Shown: positions 48,501-60,213 of the stretch, in pieces
Layout: each line of letters starts with the position of its first letter
Position numbering within the stretch: position 1 is the first letter of the stretch
From: Pavona decussata
Lineage: Eukaryota
Assembly (NCBI GenBank): GCA_977016875.1
Contig: CDRNST010000091.1
Span: forward strand, 2,046,001-2,110,000
Direction: 5' to 3'
DNA length: 64,000 nt
The notes under the pieces: model-generated
Database searches by the model: none
What the model saw: only the letters and a program-made list of their open reading frames with translations
Told to the model about the DNA's origin: nothing
Made by a program: the position numbers and the translations under genes

Positions 48501-51073
48501 AAATAATTATACTAAGTCTATCGTAGTATCGAGAGAAGTATAATTTCAAAAAGAGCCTTCTAAAATAATTTATTGTGAGGCTTTGTTCGAATAGATAGAG
48601 GAACGTCATTGCGTTCGACGTAGAAAGAACGCACTCCTAATACAGATTGGAGNNNNNNNNNNNNNNNNNNNNNNNNNNNNNNNNNNNNNNNNNNNNNNNN
48701 NNNNNNNNNNNNNNNNNNNNNNNNNNNNNNNNNNNNNNNNNNNNNNNNNNNNNNNNNNNNNNNNNNNNNNNNNNNNNNNNNNNNNNNTTTGGGACGCGTA
48801 TCTGGCATCCCCCGCACATTTTGCACGGGCAGATGACATCATCACCAACTTGGCAAAGGAGAGAGAGCCTGGGATCGAGATCATCGAATGCACTCTTTAA
48901 TCTTTGACTATTACTGGTTCTAGAAATACCGTCCAAGCATGAAAAACAGCTTGTCTTTTGTTTTATGTTTTCAGGCCACAGCATGGATAAGCCAGCTGCG
49001 AGACGCTACAGAACACAACCTGGGGGATGTGGGACGGAACTCCGAGGACGTCGAGGCACTTCAACAAGAACACGAGAAACTGGAGGGCACTGCTAGGGTA
49101 AGAGGGGTGGGGAGGGTGGGGCACTCAGCGGTGTTCTATAATAAGCCATTTTCGAGTTGCTTTGAACCTCATTTTGAAAGGGAGTCTAAGTGCAATATTT
49201 TTATTGTGAAAATTAGTTTCATTCCTATGTAAAGAAAACTGTTTTTCATATAAAGACCTTTGCGCTAAGCCTCGCTTTCATAATGAGGTTCACAGCAACT
49301 CGCAAATGACCTGTTCTCTGATTTATCACTACTTGTAGCAAGCCAGCCTACAATCCTTTGCCATCCGACCATTTAATTAAATAAAATATAAACGTGAGTC
49401 CGAAGAACTGCAGCTCACAAATCTAAGATTAAGATTACAAGGATGCGAGATTTAACAGAGCAATATTTCGTTGTTTATTTCAACAACATCATCAGGCAAT
49501 GATCGCAAATAGAAAATGCTACAAGACTACACTGGTGATATAAAATTGCAATCATGTCATAACAATTGTAAGTCCCTTGACGCCTCCAGTCCCGAGTTCA
49601 GATTGGGCGTACGATGTTGAATCATTAACGCCTCTTTTAAAAGTAGCACATTCCAATGGTTCGCTTGACCAATTACAGGGGTATTATCTTGTACTGTTTG
49701 TTTATTGAGACCTACAATGTTGGTCTCAAATTCTCTTTGAATTGGGATTTGTTGCAGAGCACGTATGATTATGGAAGACAGTTTCTTCAAGCTTCGTTAG
49801 TTCTTCGCCGGACATGTCGCTACGAATTGTCACCGAACTACGAAATGGAAGAAAAGTTGAATAGCGCATGGGGCGACTTCTCGTCCGCCATGGCGGAGCG
49901 AGGGGCAAGGTTATCTGTGGCGCTTATGTTCCATCGGAGTGCAGAGAAGGTAGGAGCTATCAATGTCCATTTTCTCCTTACAACGTGAGTAGCGTGTCAA
50001 GCCGACTGGTGGTGAGAATTAGGAGAACGATCATCGATTATTTTCGGATTTGAGTTTGCATGTTATGATGACTCTTTTGCTTTACATTAATTATTTTTAC
50101 ATCACATCTTCACGTTCGCCCCAACAAGTCGGTAAAACCAAATTTACGTGGTCACTCCTGACGCAGTACCATGGTTTCTTTAAAAACTGGCTCCCACATC
50201 AAAATAGTTTCGTTTTCGAAAGAAAATTAAATGTTGGTCCATGTAAAAAGTCGTACATAGAACGATACTGTTAACGCAAAATTTACACGCAAATACCACA
50301 GAATGCTTTCAGCCAAAATGTAGTTTAACTTAAAAGGGACTGTGTGAGCTGGGGCACATGCGCAGTAAAATCCGGTTGAGATTAATTTGCATACAACTCG
50401 TTGCGGGATTTTAGCATTTCCGCAATTGCAAAAGCTTTCAAAAATATCGCAACAAATAGCTTCTGTAATTACTGAAGAACGTTTTTGAATAAATTCAGCT
50501 AACTTTCCGAAGATGAACGCGATTCAAACAGATGAAAACAACTTCCTGAACTCTCCGACGGTATCTGAAAAAGTTGGGCCAACGATTGCTTGAAGTTCTT
50601 CTCATCAACGCACGCATGCGCCTGGGTTGAGATAGTCCCTTTAATGGGACTGGAGATCACAAAAATTACTTGCCTAAAAATTATCTTCTTTAACTTCATT
50701 CATGTCTTTGTTGCTTCTTCACATTCAGTTGACCCAACGAATAGAGGAGCTTAGAGCTGCATACATGCGCGAGGACCTCCCAGAAGACCTCACGGCCGTG
50801 GAACAAGAGATCAGCCGACACTCTGACACCAGACATGCGATCGACAAAGAATACGCCGAGACGGTTGCCATGGCGAAAGCTTTGATTGACAGGATGCAAT
50901 TGCCTTCTCTCTATGACGAGGATGGAGAGCCGAATCGCCCGCCTCATCTCTTAGAAGAAAGTCTGATGGATTTGGAGGAAAGAAAGACAGCTTGGGAGAG
51001 AGTGTGGAAGGACAGAGACGAGAGACTTCATCACTGGTTGAAACTTGGAGACTACGAACAACAAATGAACGAG
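36556..51073 (+). CDS. SESTD1: SEC14 domain and spectrin repeat-containing protein 1-like portion (exons 1-14) of a longer gene
   Basis: Exons 36556-36679, 36765-36833, 37153-37264, 42109-42199, 42571-42684, 43107-43223, 44035-44439, 45091-45213, 46614-46805, 47340-47451, 47925-48172, 48975-49097, 49758-49949, 50729-51073, all GT-AG and in frame. Peptides KLAFTSGGKDRQGRSILTIP, IIKPDAFWEK, QLTQELGGTLPYDH, VIDWVLGPGE, DVRRIKLQQLLQL and [12 protein letters not shown] match human SESTD1 as I recall it ([79 protein letters not shown]). Confidence 0.92.
38079..38516. mobile_element. MITE with poly-G/poly-C termini
   Basis: CCCAG(n)TACTCCC…GGGAGTAAC(n)GGG flanked by the direct repeat ATCCGAGC (extendable to GATCCGAGCC). 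Confidence 0.85.
43590..43938. mobile_element. Second copy of the DIRS-like small element, in intron 6
   Basis: Near-identical to 23896-24218. Confidence 0.8.
44538..45012. mobile_element. Head-to-tail dimer of a ~240-bp MITE; third copy at ~51872-52116
   Basis: GTTGTTCGAAAGCCGATTAACGCTAATC at 44543 and 44778; each unit ends GGATTAGCTTAA.CGGGCTT.GAACAACTGG. Confidence 0.85.
45694..45862. mobile_element. Short palindromic MITE with TAG…CTA ends
   Basis: ATTAGCCTGCGTAGCTGGCGGTTTCG / CGAAATCGCCAGCTGCGGAGGCTAAT. Confidence 0.75.
45943..46539. mobile_element. Tc1/mariner-type MITE remnant with a nested insertion (~46003-46320)
   Basis: Repeated GTGGTCGCTTA motifs; right end GAGGTTCGACTG-TA. Confidence 0.6.
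48653..48787. other. Assembly gap
   Basis: Run of N. Confidence 1.
49375..49740 (-). mobile_element. Penelope-like element 3' remnant, antisense in intron 12
   Basis: ORF 49557..49790(-) ends WNVLLLKEALMIQHRTPNLNSGLEASRDLQLL*, typical of a Penelope GIY-YIG C-terminus; downstream CTGATGA-T-GTTGTT gaaata AACAAC-GAAA hammerhead-like core at ~49459-49498. Confidence 0.72.
50330..50644. mobile_element. MITE with TTAA target site (Kolobok-like)
   Basis: TTAAAAGGGACTGTGT… / …AGATAGTCCCTTTAA. Confidence 0.7.
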
Positions 51074-52155
51074 GTAAACATCTACCAAACTAAGGTTTTG
51101 CATTATACATGAAAATATTCCCAAACATTCCCAGTAATGATTGGAAACTCTCTCCCAGAACTACCAGAAAACGTCTTTGAAGATTCTGGAAAGCTCCTTG
51201 TTCTTGGTCTCGTTTAATTTCTCGATAATCTCCTAATAGAAGGTTCAATATTTAACAGAAGCTAAATTGTAAATTATAGATCTACGAAACATATTGGGAA
51301 AATCTCACTAGAAATAACTACTTATCCACAGAAAGTAGATGAAAAAAAAAAACACCCAATGGCCTCAGTAACTTGGGTAATCGGGGTTTTCCAGATATAG
51401 GCCCCGGAATGTGTGTATAGATGTAAGGACCAGCGATCATATAGTTATTACGGATTACTTATGCGGGTTTAGTGACCTGAAAATTTGCCGTCGATCTGTT
51501 GTACTCTTGGAAACTTCTTGAATCCATTACTGTTCCAGGCGGTCAGAAAGTGGAGAGCTGTAGAAAGTTATTGCGACGGAGCGAGGAGACTGGAGAGAGA
51601 AGGCGAGAGTCCTTTCGCCCCCTCTCCCCAGTCTCTTCTCGTTTTTCGTGCTCCTCGCCCTTGTTGTTAGCACGCATCGCAATTTTCAGTTCGCGCCGCT
51701 CGCCACTTGTTGGATATGCCTATTAGCTAACGAGGCGCTACGCGCTACGCGCCTTGTTGGCTGTCTGTCATCTCATATCCAACGCGCGCTCGGGATCGTG
51801 GAATAATTGTTTTATCAAAAACAATCAAGAAATATTGCTAGGTCTTGCTGATTTCGCTTCGCAAGAACAACCAGGGCCCAGTTCTTCAAGACCCGATTAA
51901 CGCTAATCCACAATTAAAAGTTAACCGAGGTTTTCACCTGGCTCATTGAAAATGTTTTTAAAAGCTAATTTTAAGCTAATAATAAAGAAAAGTCTACGTC
52001 AAAACTGAGGAACAAAAATCTTTTTGAATTGTCTTAATTGGTTAGTAATTAAACTCGAATCAAAGTTCACGCTAAACCAAGATTACCTTCATCGGGATTT
52101 GAACAACTAGGCCCAGAAGAACAATTATAATGGTCGCTATTTCTCAAGTATGTTA

Positions 52156-52645
52156 TAAAGCCTGGTTTACACGTACGACGCAAGCATAAGTATAAGCACA
52201 AGCATAAGCACAAGAAACCTACGTGTAAACCGGTGCGACGCAAGCATAAGCGCCTTGTGCTTGCTCTTGTACTTATGCTTGCGTCGTCCCGGTTTACAAG
52301 TACGACGCAACAACGCAAGCATAAGCCAAGCACAAGAGAATGGAACGATTTCCATTCTCTTGTGCTTGTGCTTATGCTTGCGTCGTTGCGTCGTACGTGT
52401 AAACCGGGACGACGCAAGCATAAGCATAAGCGCAAGGAAAGGAAACTGAAAAACAGTGACAAGTTGTCAGCGTACAATCTAGTTACTCATGCGTTGCCAT
52501 TTTCCGCCATGTTGGAATCAAATCTCGGCTGCTTCTGCGCTTGCATATGTCACGTTATGCTTATGCTTATCGCACGTGTAAACATCCTTGTGCTTGTGCT
52601 TGTGCTTATTCTTATGCTTGCGTCGTACGTGTAAACCAGGCTTTA
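52156..52645. mobile_element. MITE with internal AAGCA(T/C) repeats, nested with another MITE inside an older element (~51722-52720)
   Basis: Perfect TIR TAAAGCCTGGTTTACACGTACGACGCAAGCATAAG / CTTATGCTTGCGTCGTACGTGTAAACCAGGCTTTA. Confidence 0.9.
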
Positions 52646-52870
52646 TGGCTCATATACCATGGCCGCTAAGCCAGTCAAATACCCGGAGTTGCATTATACA
52701 ATGATCCAGTTATTTAATAATTGACATTATAGTGCATTCACAAGCTGAAAAGTTGAAACGGCATAATCCTAGGTTTGAGTCAATGAGTCTTTCAAAGTCT
52801 TATAATCTGTCTTTCCGTAAAGTGACCACATTCACTGAAAACCTTGTAACGTCTCTTTCATTGTTCAAAG

Positions 52871-55800
52871 CTTCTCCAGTGGGTAAAAGACAGATCGAAC
52901 GAGACAGAGGAGAACAAGAACGAGATTGGTGAAAACCTGGCCGAGGCCGAGGCGCTGTCTTCCGACCTGCAGGAACTGGAAACGAGGCTCAAGGTTTGTT
53001 TTTGTGTTCTAGTCAATTGTTACTGGATTATGATAGGATTACATTTTGATATACAGTGTACTTAATAGCAATTTGGTACTTAGGGGTGGGTTTATCAGTA
53101 CGTGAGGTTAAAATTTTCAATTTTGTTACTTTGAGTTTAACGATGTGTTTTTTGTCATGTAAATGGGAAGTAAGTTGTCCCCAATCAGTTTATAGGCCAT
53201 TTCCGAGTTGCTGTGAACCTCATTATGAAAGCGAGGCTAAGTGCAAAAACTTTTCATTTCAGTTTTGTTTGCATATGAATGAAAACTAATTTTCATAATA
53301 AAAACTTTGCACTTGGCCTCGCTTTCATAATGAGGTTCACATCAACTCGGAAATGGCCTATTCTGTAAGATTGATCGAACGACACGTTAATAAAGTTATC
53401 ATTATTATTGTTATTATTATTATTTTGTATTAAGTCACAATGTTTTAAGGGTTTAACTAATGAAAGGCAACGCTTGTGATAGCTAAAATTTTATCACCGA
53501 GAACATATTTTTTTTTTCATTTGGTAAGAAGTTTACCATTTTTCTTGCTAAAACCGTTCTTAAAGAACGACTTATGCCCTTTCTTAGACGAGAAATACCC
53601 CATGAACTGCAGATAAATATATAAACTGAATTTTCCAGAAAAGACGAACTTTCTTGGATTTTAAACGATTTTTCAAGGAGAAAAAATTAAGAAGAAGGTG
53701 ACCATTGTTATGAATCAGCAATCGACTTCGATCCTGGGGCCCGTTTTTCGAAAGTCCCGGTAACTTACCAGGCCCGATAAGTGACTGATAAACGAAGTCA
53801 ATTTTTGTTAGCTTTGAATACTGTTTTCTATGAAAACATTTGCCAAGTAGCTTTGAGTATACTAAATTTTAAAATCTTATAATTCTATGAAAACATTGGC
53901 CAAGTACTATGTCTGTAATCACTGTGTAATCGGCGAAAAAACTTCATATTTTCATATTTCATCCATACTAGCGTTTTCGTATCGTTTTCACTTATCCATA
54001 CTAAAACGCTCGAAAACGATAAAAAACGCCTGGGATCTGGTATAACGCAAGTGCCAACTTCTAAAGACCATCCGCCATCTTGGATGGATGCTCCGATTTG
54101 GACTGGGACCGATGGCATGTGACGCTTTTTGCGTCACCGTTTTCACCTGTCCACACTAGTAGTGGAAATGCACTCAGCTACCGAAAACTAGTTTACAGGC
54201 ATTCCACTCAGAAATAACGGGAAACTAATAATAATCAAATCGAACATAACGTGTTAAAAATCGCAACTGGCTGGAGGCAAACCAGCTGGCTATTTACAAG
54301 CCTGGCCAAGGCGGGACTTGAACCCACGACCCCAGCGCCCTAACCGCTGGGCCACGCCGCCTCTGAAATCATTTTATTATCACAGTATTTAGTTAGAAAC
54401 ACAAGGAAAAAGAAAAAAATAATACAAAATACGAGTTAGCTGCTGCTTATGTGGAGATTAAGGAAGGAAACATTGAGCAATCATTTAACTTAAACTAATA
54501 AAATAGAAAATAACTAGTGTAAAACTGGAGGCAAAATACAACAAAATATCTGAAAACAACTTCAATAAAATTATTTAATTATACACTATACTAACCAGGC
54601 AATTCTATTTCTGTTCTTATCGTAAAACGTGAGGTATGTACCGTGACCTTAATCCACGCAAGTTAAACGTCCGTTTAAATTTAGCGCTAACCTTTTTTTT
54701 AGGGATTGAAATCGAGAAGGAAGAAAGGTGGATTTTGGGTTTATTATCTTACAAGCCACCTTTGTCGATTCAAGGTTATTGACTCAACAACGGGGAGGGG
54801 CACGAATGAAAATGATAAGACCATTGATAATGTCAACGCGTGCCAAAATAAAAAAGTTCTATTATTTTCCCGAAAAATATCCACTTTTCAGATAAATGGA
54901 TTTCATTTATTGATTGCACTTAAAATTTATCGTCATACTCGACCTAGGGTTACTTTGTATAGCAATAGACAATTTGACTTCACCATAGAAAAGTATTGTT
55001 CGATAGCTTTTCAATTGACCCATTTGAGGACACTGGAATTGGAAAGTTCTGCTCAGTAGCTTTTATTTGAATAGTCACGCTTTAGGAATTCATCCGCAGT
55101 TACAAAATGTAGAACCTTGCACAGCATAACAAACAGCAACACAAGATCTGCTCATTGGCGTACATTTGAAAGGTCATACTCACACACTCATAAGACAGAA
55201 CTACCCTGTACAGCATAATAAACAAGACCAAAGGAAAGTACTGCTCAATAACCTCTATTCTATTTTCTCAGAAATCAGAATCGCATTTTGCAGCCTAAAA
55301 AACACTACTTACGAGATGATTTTACCACTCACTTGCTTTCATTTGAATGGTCGCACTTTAGAAAGATTTCATCCACAGACTCAAAACTAGGACCACTGTG
55401 ATTTGAACGGTGACGTTTCTAGAATTTCATACAAAGTCGAGTTGAGTTGACTGTTAACAAAGCTAGAACCGTCTCTTTTATATACAGGCTGCAAGAATGT
55501 AGATAGCCAGGCTATTCAATTTCATCTATCAAGGAACTGAAAAGTTAAGTACACATTGCATTCCTCGGACATTGGTTGTACATCAACAAATGAGATAAAA
55601 GGTTACGATCCGCCAGACGAGAATCTTCCTTCAGGTGGAGCACATTTGATTTAACCACGAAAGCAGTCCTGCGTAGGGTGGGGCTAGCGAAAAATTGTAA
55701 ACAACCAAATTTCGAAAGAAATAGAAACGATTGTTTTCCAGAGCTAGTCGGAATATTTCTGCGTTGCTTTGAGCCTCTTGACAACGCTAAGTGAAAAAAA

Positions 55801-58800
55801 ATAGCCCAGGAATAGTGAAGATGTTTGCGGTGAGGTATTTTCAGAAAAACCGAATTCTGTTTTTCTGCCCGATTTGACAGATGTCACGCTATATTATTTT
55901 AGTGAACGCGACAGCTTTTTGAACACATTCAAGAAGAGTTATTAAGGGTGACCTTTGTAAATATTATGTGTGTCAGTTTTGATGCGTCTTTCGAATGGGT
56001 TACCCGTCTAGGTTTCCTATACAAATTTCGTTTCTAATGATAGTGTAGGCGAATCTCCGTCATTTTCCTTGGCCAGACATGTAATTTGATTCTGTCTGTG
56101 CAGCGTTGTATTTTCGCGCGAACGCGCGAGGTGAGTCTTATCACTTGCGTCGAGGAATGAAAACTATTTACTCACTGGGGCGTGGAGAGAGCTTAGGAAT
56201 TTTTCGCTGGTGTCAAATGTGTTGGTATTCTGCGGCAATTTGAGTTTGCATAACTAATAAGCCAGCGACTTTAGAGCTGGGATTTTGGGCTAGGCATACC
56301 GTTGATCCGGTTATTTCAACAGTTTGCGGCGGGATTTCCATTTTATAAGCTCAACAAAGAGGTAAGATTTCGATGTTCATTTCACGGCCACGACAACAAG
56401 CCATTCTAGAGCCACGATTACTCGTTCGATGCTCTAGACTACAAATTTGATACATTCTGCTCATTTGATCAAGTGTTCGATCTTGCTGATAATCGCAGTT
56501 GACTCCGTGTCTCTTTTTTACCGCTCCGCTTTGAAGATCCACAGTCACTATCAGTCGATTTTTTTTTAAAGCCTTGCATTTCATGCCAATGAGCGATACA
56601 TCATTGTTTTGGTGAGTAAATATTAATTGGCTGATTTGGTCTACAACTCCAAACTATTAATAGTCGAAATGCAGCGTTATTAAAATGCTTTAAAGTTAGT
56701 TTAGCCTTGATGATCCGCGTTAAACGATTGCAGTGTCTGTGTTGTTATAAGTTACTTGGTGCAACTAGATAAAAACAGCTTTTATTTCTGCACAATATGC
56801 ATCGACTGTGATTTGCCTTGATGACTAGAGTACTTCATCCACAAACTCCAAACTGTGGGTTTTTCCTCGGCTCGCGGCTGCACTAATATGATTCTCATAA
56901 CAAAATTACCGGGATTATAGAGTCAGCGTTCGGCGTGAATTTTCACGCCAAAGTGAGTTGTGAGTTGAGTTGTGAATCGAATGTTTGATCGAACTTGTCG
57001 ACTAATTACTTCAAGTTCTGTCGATTATGTTTATGTTAATTTTCGTCCAGGATGGGTTCAAACGCCGGTGATTTCGAATATAGCTCGCGATAGTACATTT
57101 GTTGATTACTTTTCATCGCGTTGCTCGGGATCGGTTTACCGTCATCCCCGGGCAATCACTTCTTTCTCTGATTGCGTTTTTTATGACACGAAAATTTTCC
57201 TTGTCTGTATCTCAGCTCTGTTTGGCTCTTTTGAAGTCTTTTGATGAGATTAATTAAAAATCCTCTTATGTATTTAGTTTCACTCAAGCGATATTCAATC
57301 ACGCGGTGCAAACGCTTGCAGCAGAAATCCGAGGTTTGTCAAACAGACTTGTAAACAATTCGAAATAATCTTCTTCGCGCCCATTGTACGTTTCGAATTG
57401 TAATGTACTTTAGCAATCAGTGTTTGTGCATTTCGCTAAGTGGCATGCTGAGTGAAAACAAAGACACATCGCCACGGGTTTTTAAATCTCGTCAATGTAT
57501 TTTCGGGAAGGAAGTCTGTTCCGATAGTAAGGTCAGGAGGTCAACTTGAATGGCCGTGTCATCTATTTAAATATCTACAGGAACATCTGTATGCTTTCTA
57601 TTCGGGCCAAGTATTTTAAAAGGTTATGTGATCATGGGGAGAAGGCGAAATGGTTGTGCTATATCAAAGTTGTTGTTAAAAATATCACAGATCTGGTTAA
57701 CTAATGCAATTATTGCAAACTGTTCAAAATCAGTTAGGAATTCAATAATGAAATGCCTTGATGCTTCAGTATAGTATAAACTAATATTAAATTGATGTCT
57801 TTATTCAATAGAATTTATAAGACTTATGCCAGCGAATGCAAAATTACGTGTTTGTCAAAAAAAGATTCTATAATTTTAATTGTTCTTGTGGTAACAATGG
57901 CTCTTCCTGTGGGTAGTTGTTAGCAGATTGTTGTTGGTCAAATGATGTCAGCAGCAATGTCTGGTATTGAATAAAATCAGTGAAAAATGCCAAGTTAATG
58001 ATGACAGTTTAATCACAAAGTCAGTTTGTGGGAAATTACCAGGCCAAAAAAAAAAAAAAAAAGGAAGAAAAAAATCAGAGGCAAGCGTGTAAAATTTGCT
58101 CACCAAATCCTGATATGTAGGATATGCTGCCTGTGTTGGGAAAATACTTATTCAATACTTAGATTGGATTGGAAAAATCATGGTGATACCTACAAAGATG
58201 CTGTGATTTTGAAAGAATCAGTGTGATTGAAATTTCAGTGTTGTTCTCCCAAATTCTCAAAATATTTGCATCTGGGTAATATGCAAATCCTTAAAGATGC
58301 AGTTTTCTTTTTTCTTTCATGAAAATGCTATCTAATAAATTGCAATACATTTCTAGCTGACAGAAAACTACAGATGAATATTGACACCAAAGAACATCTA
58401 ATCAAACTTAAGATTTATGATTTTTAAAAGGGGTCTGTAGTTAATTCTTGGAACATTGGAATGAAATTGATTTGCTCAAGGTTAAAAGACCTATGTTACT
58501 TTTATAGAAATATGCTAAAAACAAACCTTATGTACCAAAAGTGTGACCTAATTGTCAAAGCTGCAACTAAATGAACAGGTATCTCATCTGAGCCCATGGA
58601 GAGATGGCCAAACTGTTAATTAGGTTGCTTATGTTGCAGTAGGTGCATGTGAATTTAAGGGATTAAGCTTTTTTGAATGTTAACAAAGGACATCCATTAC
58701 TTTTTGTTTTAGAAAGATCAATGCTTTAGAGAGGGGATATAGTTTTTGAAGAAAAAAAGGTTGGATTGCATTGGCATTGAAGTGAGAAGATTCATGGTTT

Positions 58801-59513
58801 ATTAATTATCAATGTCGGGTGGATGAAACAAATTTCAAGCATCAGTATTTTTTTTTTCAATGTATGTGAGTTAGTGAAATAATCTACTCATCCTTACAGA
58901 TTTGGTAATGAAAAGTGTGTAATAACAGTAGAAAGTTATAAATACAAACTCTCCATATTTGTTTTATTAATAGTAATAACAATAAATATTTAACTTAGTT
59001 AATGACTTGGAGCAAGTTTGCTCCCTGGTGGCGTGGCGGAGTGTGGCGTTAGCGTTTATTGGCGTATAGTTTGGGCACTGGTGGCACTTTAGCCGAGGAT
59101 ATCACGTCATACCAATTGTTGTTAATAAAACAAGATCGTGTGTTATTTGCTTCTTTGACTAGTGAATCTCGAATTTTTTTTTTTACTTTTTGAAAAAAAT
59201 GGGTCAGTCGGGCGATAGGAAACGAAACATTTTAATGGGATGGCCTAAATAAAATTTAAAATTTTTTAAAAGTTTTAAGTGCAGGTCAAATTTATAGCTT
59301 ATTATTGACTTATCTTTTTAGGACAAAGAGAAAGAAGTTGCTGAGCTGATTCAGGTGATTAAGTCGCTAACCCCGACTGAAGAAGACAGAGCGAGACCTT
59401 ATGGAAGGATGGCAGATTCATTAGAAGAGGCCTGGAATGACCTCAATGTACAGTTAGAGGGCAGGAGAATACTATTGGACACTTCTTTGGCCTTTCATCA
59501 AAGTGTCGAGCAG
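52871..59513 (+). CDS. Continuation of the same gene (exons 15-16): spectrin-like repeat resembling the CCDC141 N-terminus; gene continues beyond the window
   Basis: Exons 52871-52993 (LLQWVKDRSNETEENKNEIGENLAEAEALSSDLQELETRLK) and 59322-59513 (DKEKEVAELIQ…PYGRMADSLEEAWNDLNVQLEGRRILLDTSLAFHQSVEQ); both phase 0, no stop, ending in a donor (CAG|GTACG). Confidence 0.82.
53192..53361. mobile_element. Palindromic MITE; degenerate relative at ~49141-49314
   Basis: ATAGGCCATTTCCGAGTTG / CAACTCGGAAATGGCCTAT. Confidence 0.8.
55800..57500 (+). promoter_or_regulatory. Putative internal promoter / alternative first exon(s) in intron 15
   Basis: CpG-rich stretch without obvious repeat structure, strong orphan donors GAG|GTGAGT (56131) and TTG|GTGAGT (56612), then an abrupt shift to CpG-poor DNA. 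Confidence 0.4.
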
Positions 59514-60028
59514 GTACGTTTAAATGATCATTTAAAACTAGTCTTTGGAAGACTGTTCAGTAACTATAAACATTGATAAGAATTACATGTTGGGAAGGAG
59601 GATACTGTTTCGGACTTTTGTAACCTTTCATCAAAGTGTTGAGGAGCTTTGACTTATAATGCTACATTTATAAATTAGCCTGGTGGTGGTTAATCAGTGA
59701 AAACTAACATTGGAAGACTGTTCAATAAACTTTAAAAATTGATTAGAATTAAGGAAGGAGAATTTTGTTGAGCAGGTTTGAGTTACACATGTATACAATG
59801 GAACTTCAATTTAACAAACTTTCAAATAACAAAGTCCTAAACAAGCAACAAACAATAAACAAACAACATTCTCCAGTCCGGCCTTTTAAATTTACGGAAC
59901 AGAACCTCCATATCACAAGCCAATTTCCCTTAGTCCCTTGACACTTTGTTAAATCAAGGCTCCACTGTAAATGTTATTCAGATTAGCCTGGGAAGGTTGA
60001 TCAGTGAAAATCTATTTTGGGAGACCAC

Positions 60029-60213
60029 TGTGTAATTCCAGAAAATATCCATGCTCCCCCCACAGAAGGTTTTTTGTTTTGCACCTCCCCCCTCCCCCCA
60101 AGAAATTCCAGTTTTGCTTCATACTTTGCTTCTAAAATTTTGGACCCCCCTCCCCCTAGTAATTTCCAATGACCTTCCTTGGGGTGGGTATAGATTTTTT
60201 CAGGAACTGCACA
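60029..60213. mobile_element. MITE
   Basis: TIRs TGTGTAATTCCAGAAAATATCCAT / ATAGATTTTTTCAGGAACTGCACA. Confidence 0.7.

Noticed and set aside
52067-52634. Hydrophobic or Cys/His-rich ORFs on both strands
   Set aside because: Artefacts of the AAGCAT/AAGCAC repeats within a palindromic MITE.
36556-59513. Calling the gene Trio/Kalirin or MCF2L
   Set aside because: They share SEC14 + spectrin architecture, but diagnostic peptides ([16 protein letters not shown], LTIP) follow SESTD1; no GEF domain is visible in the window.
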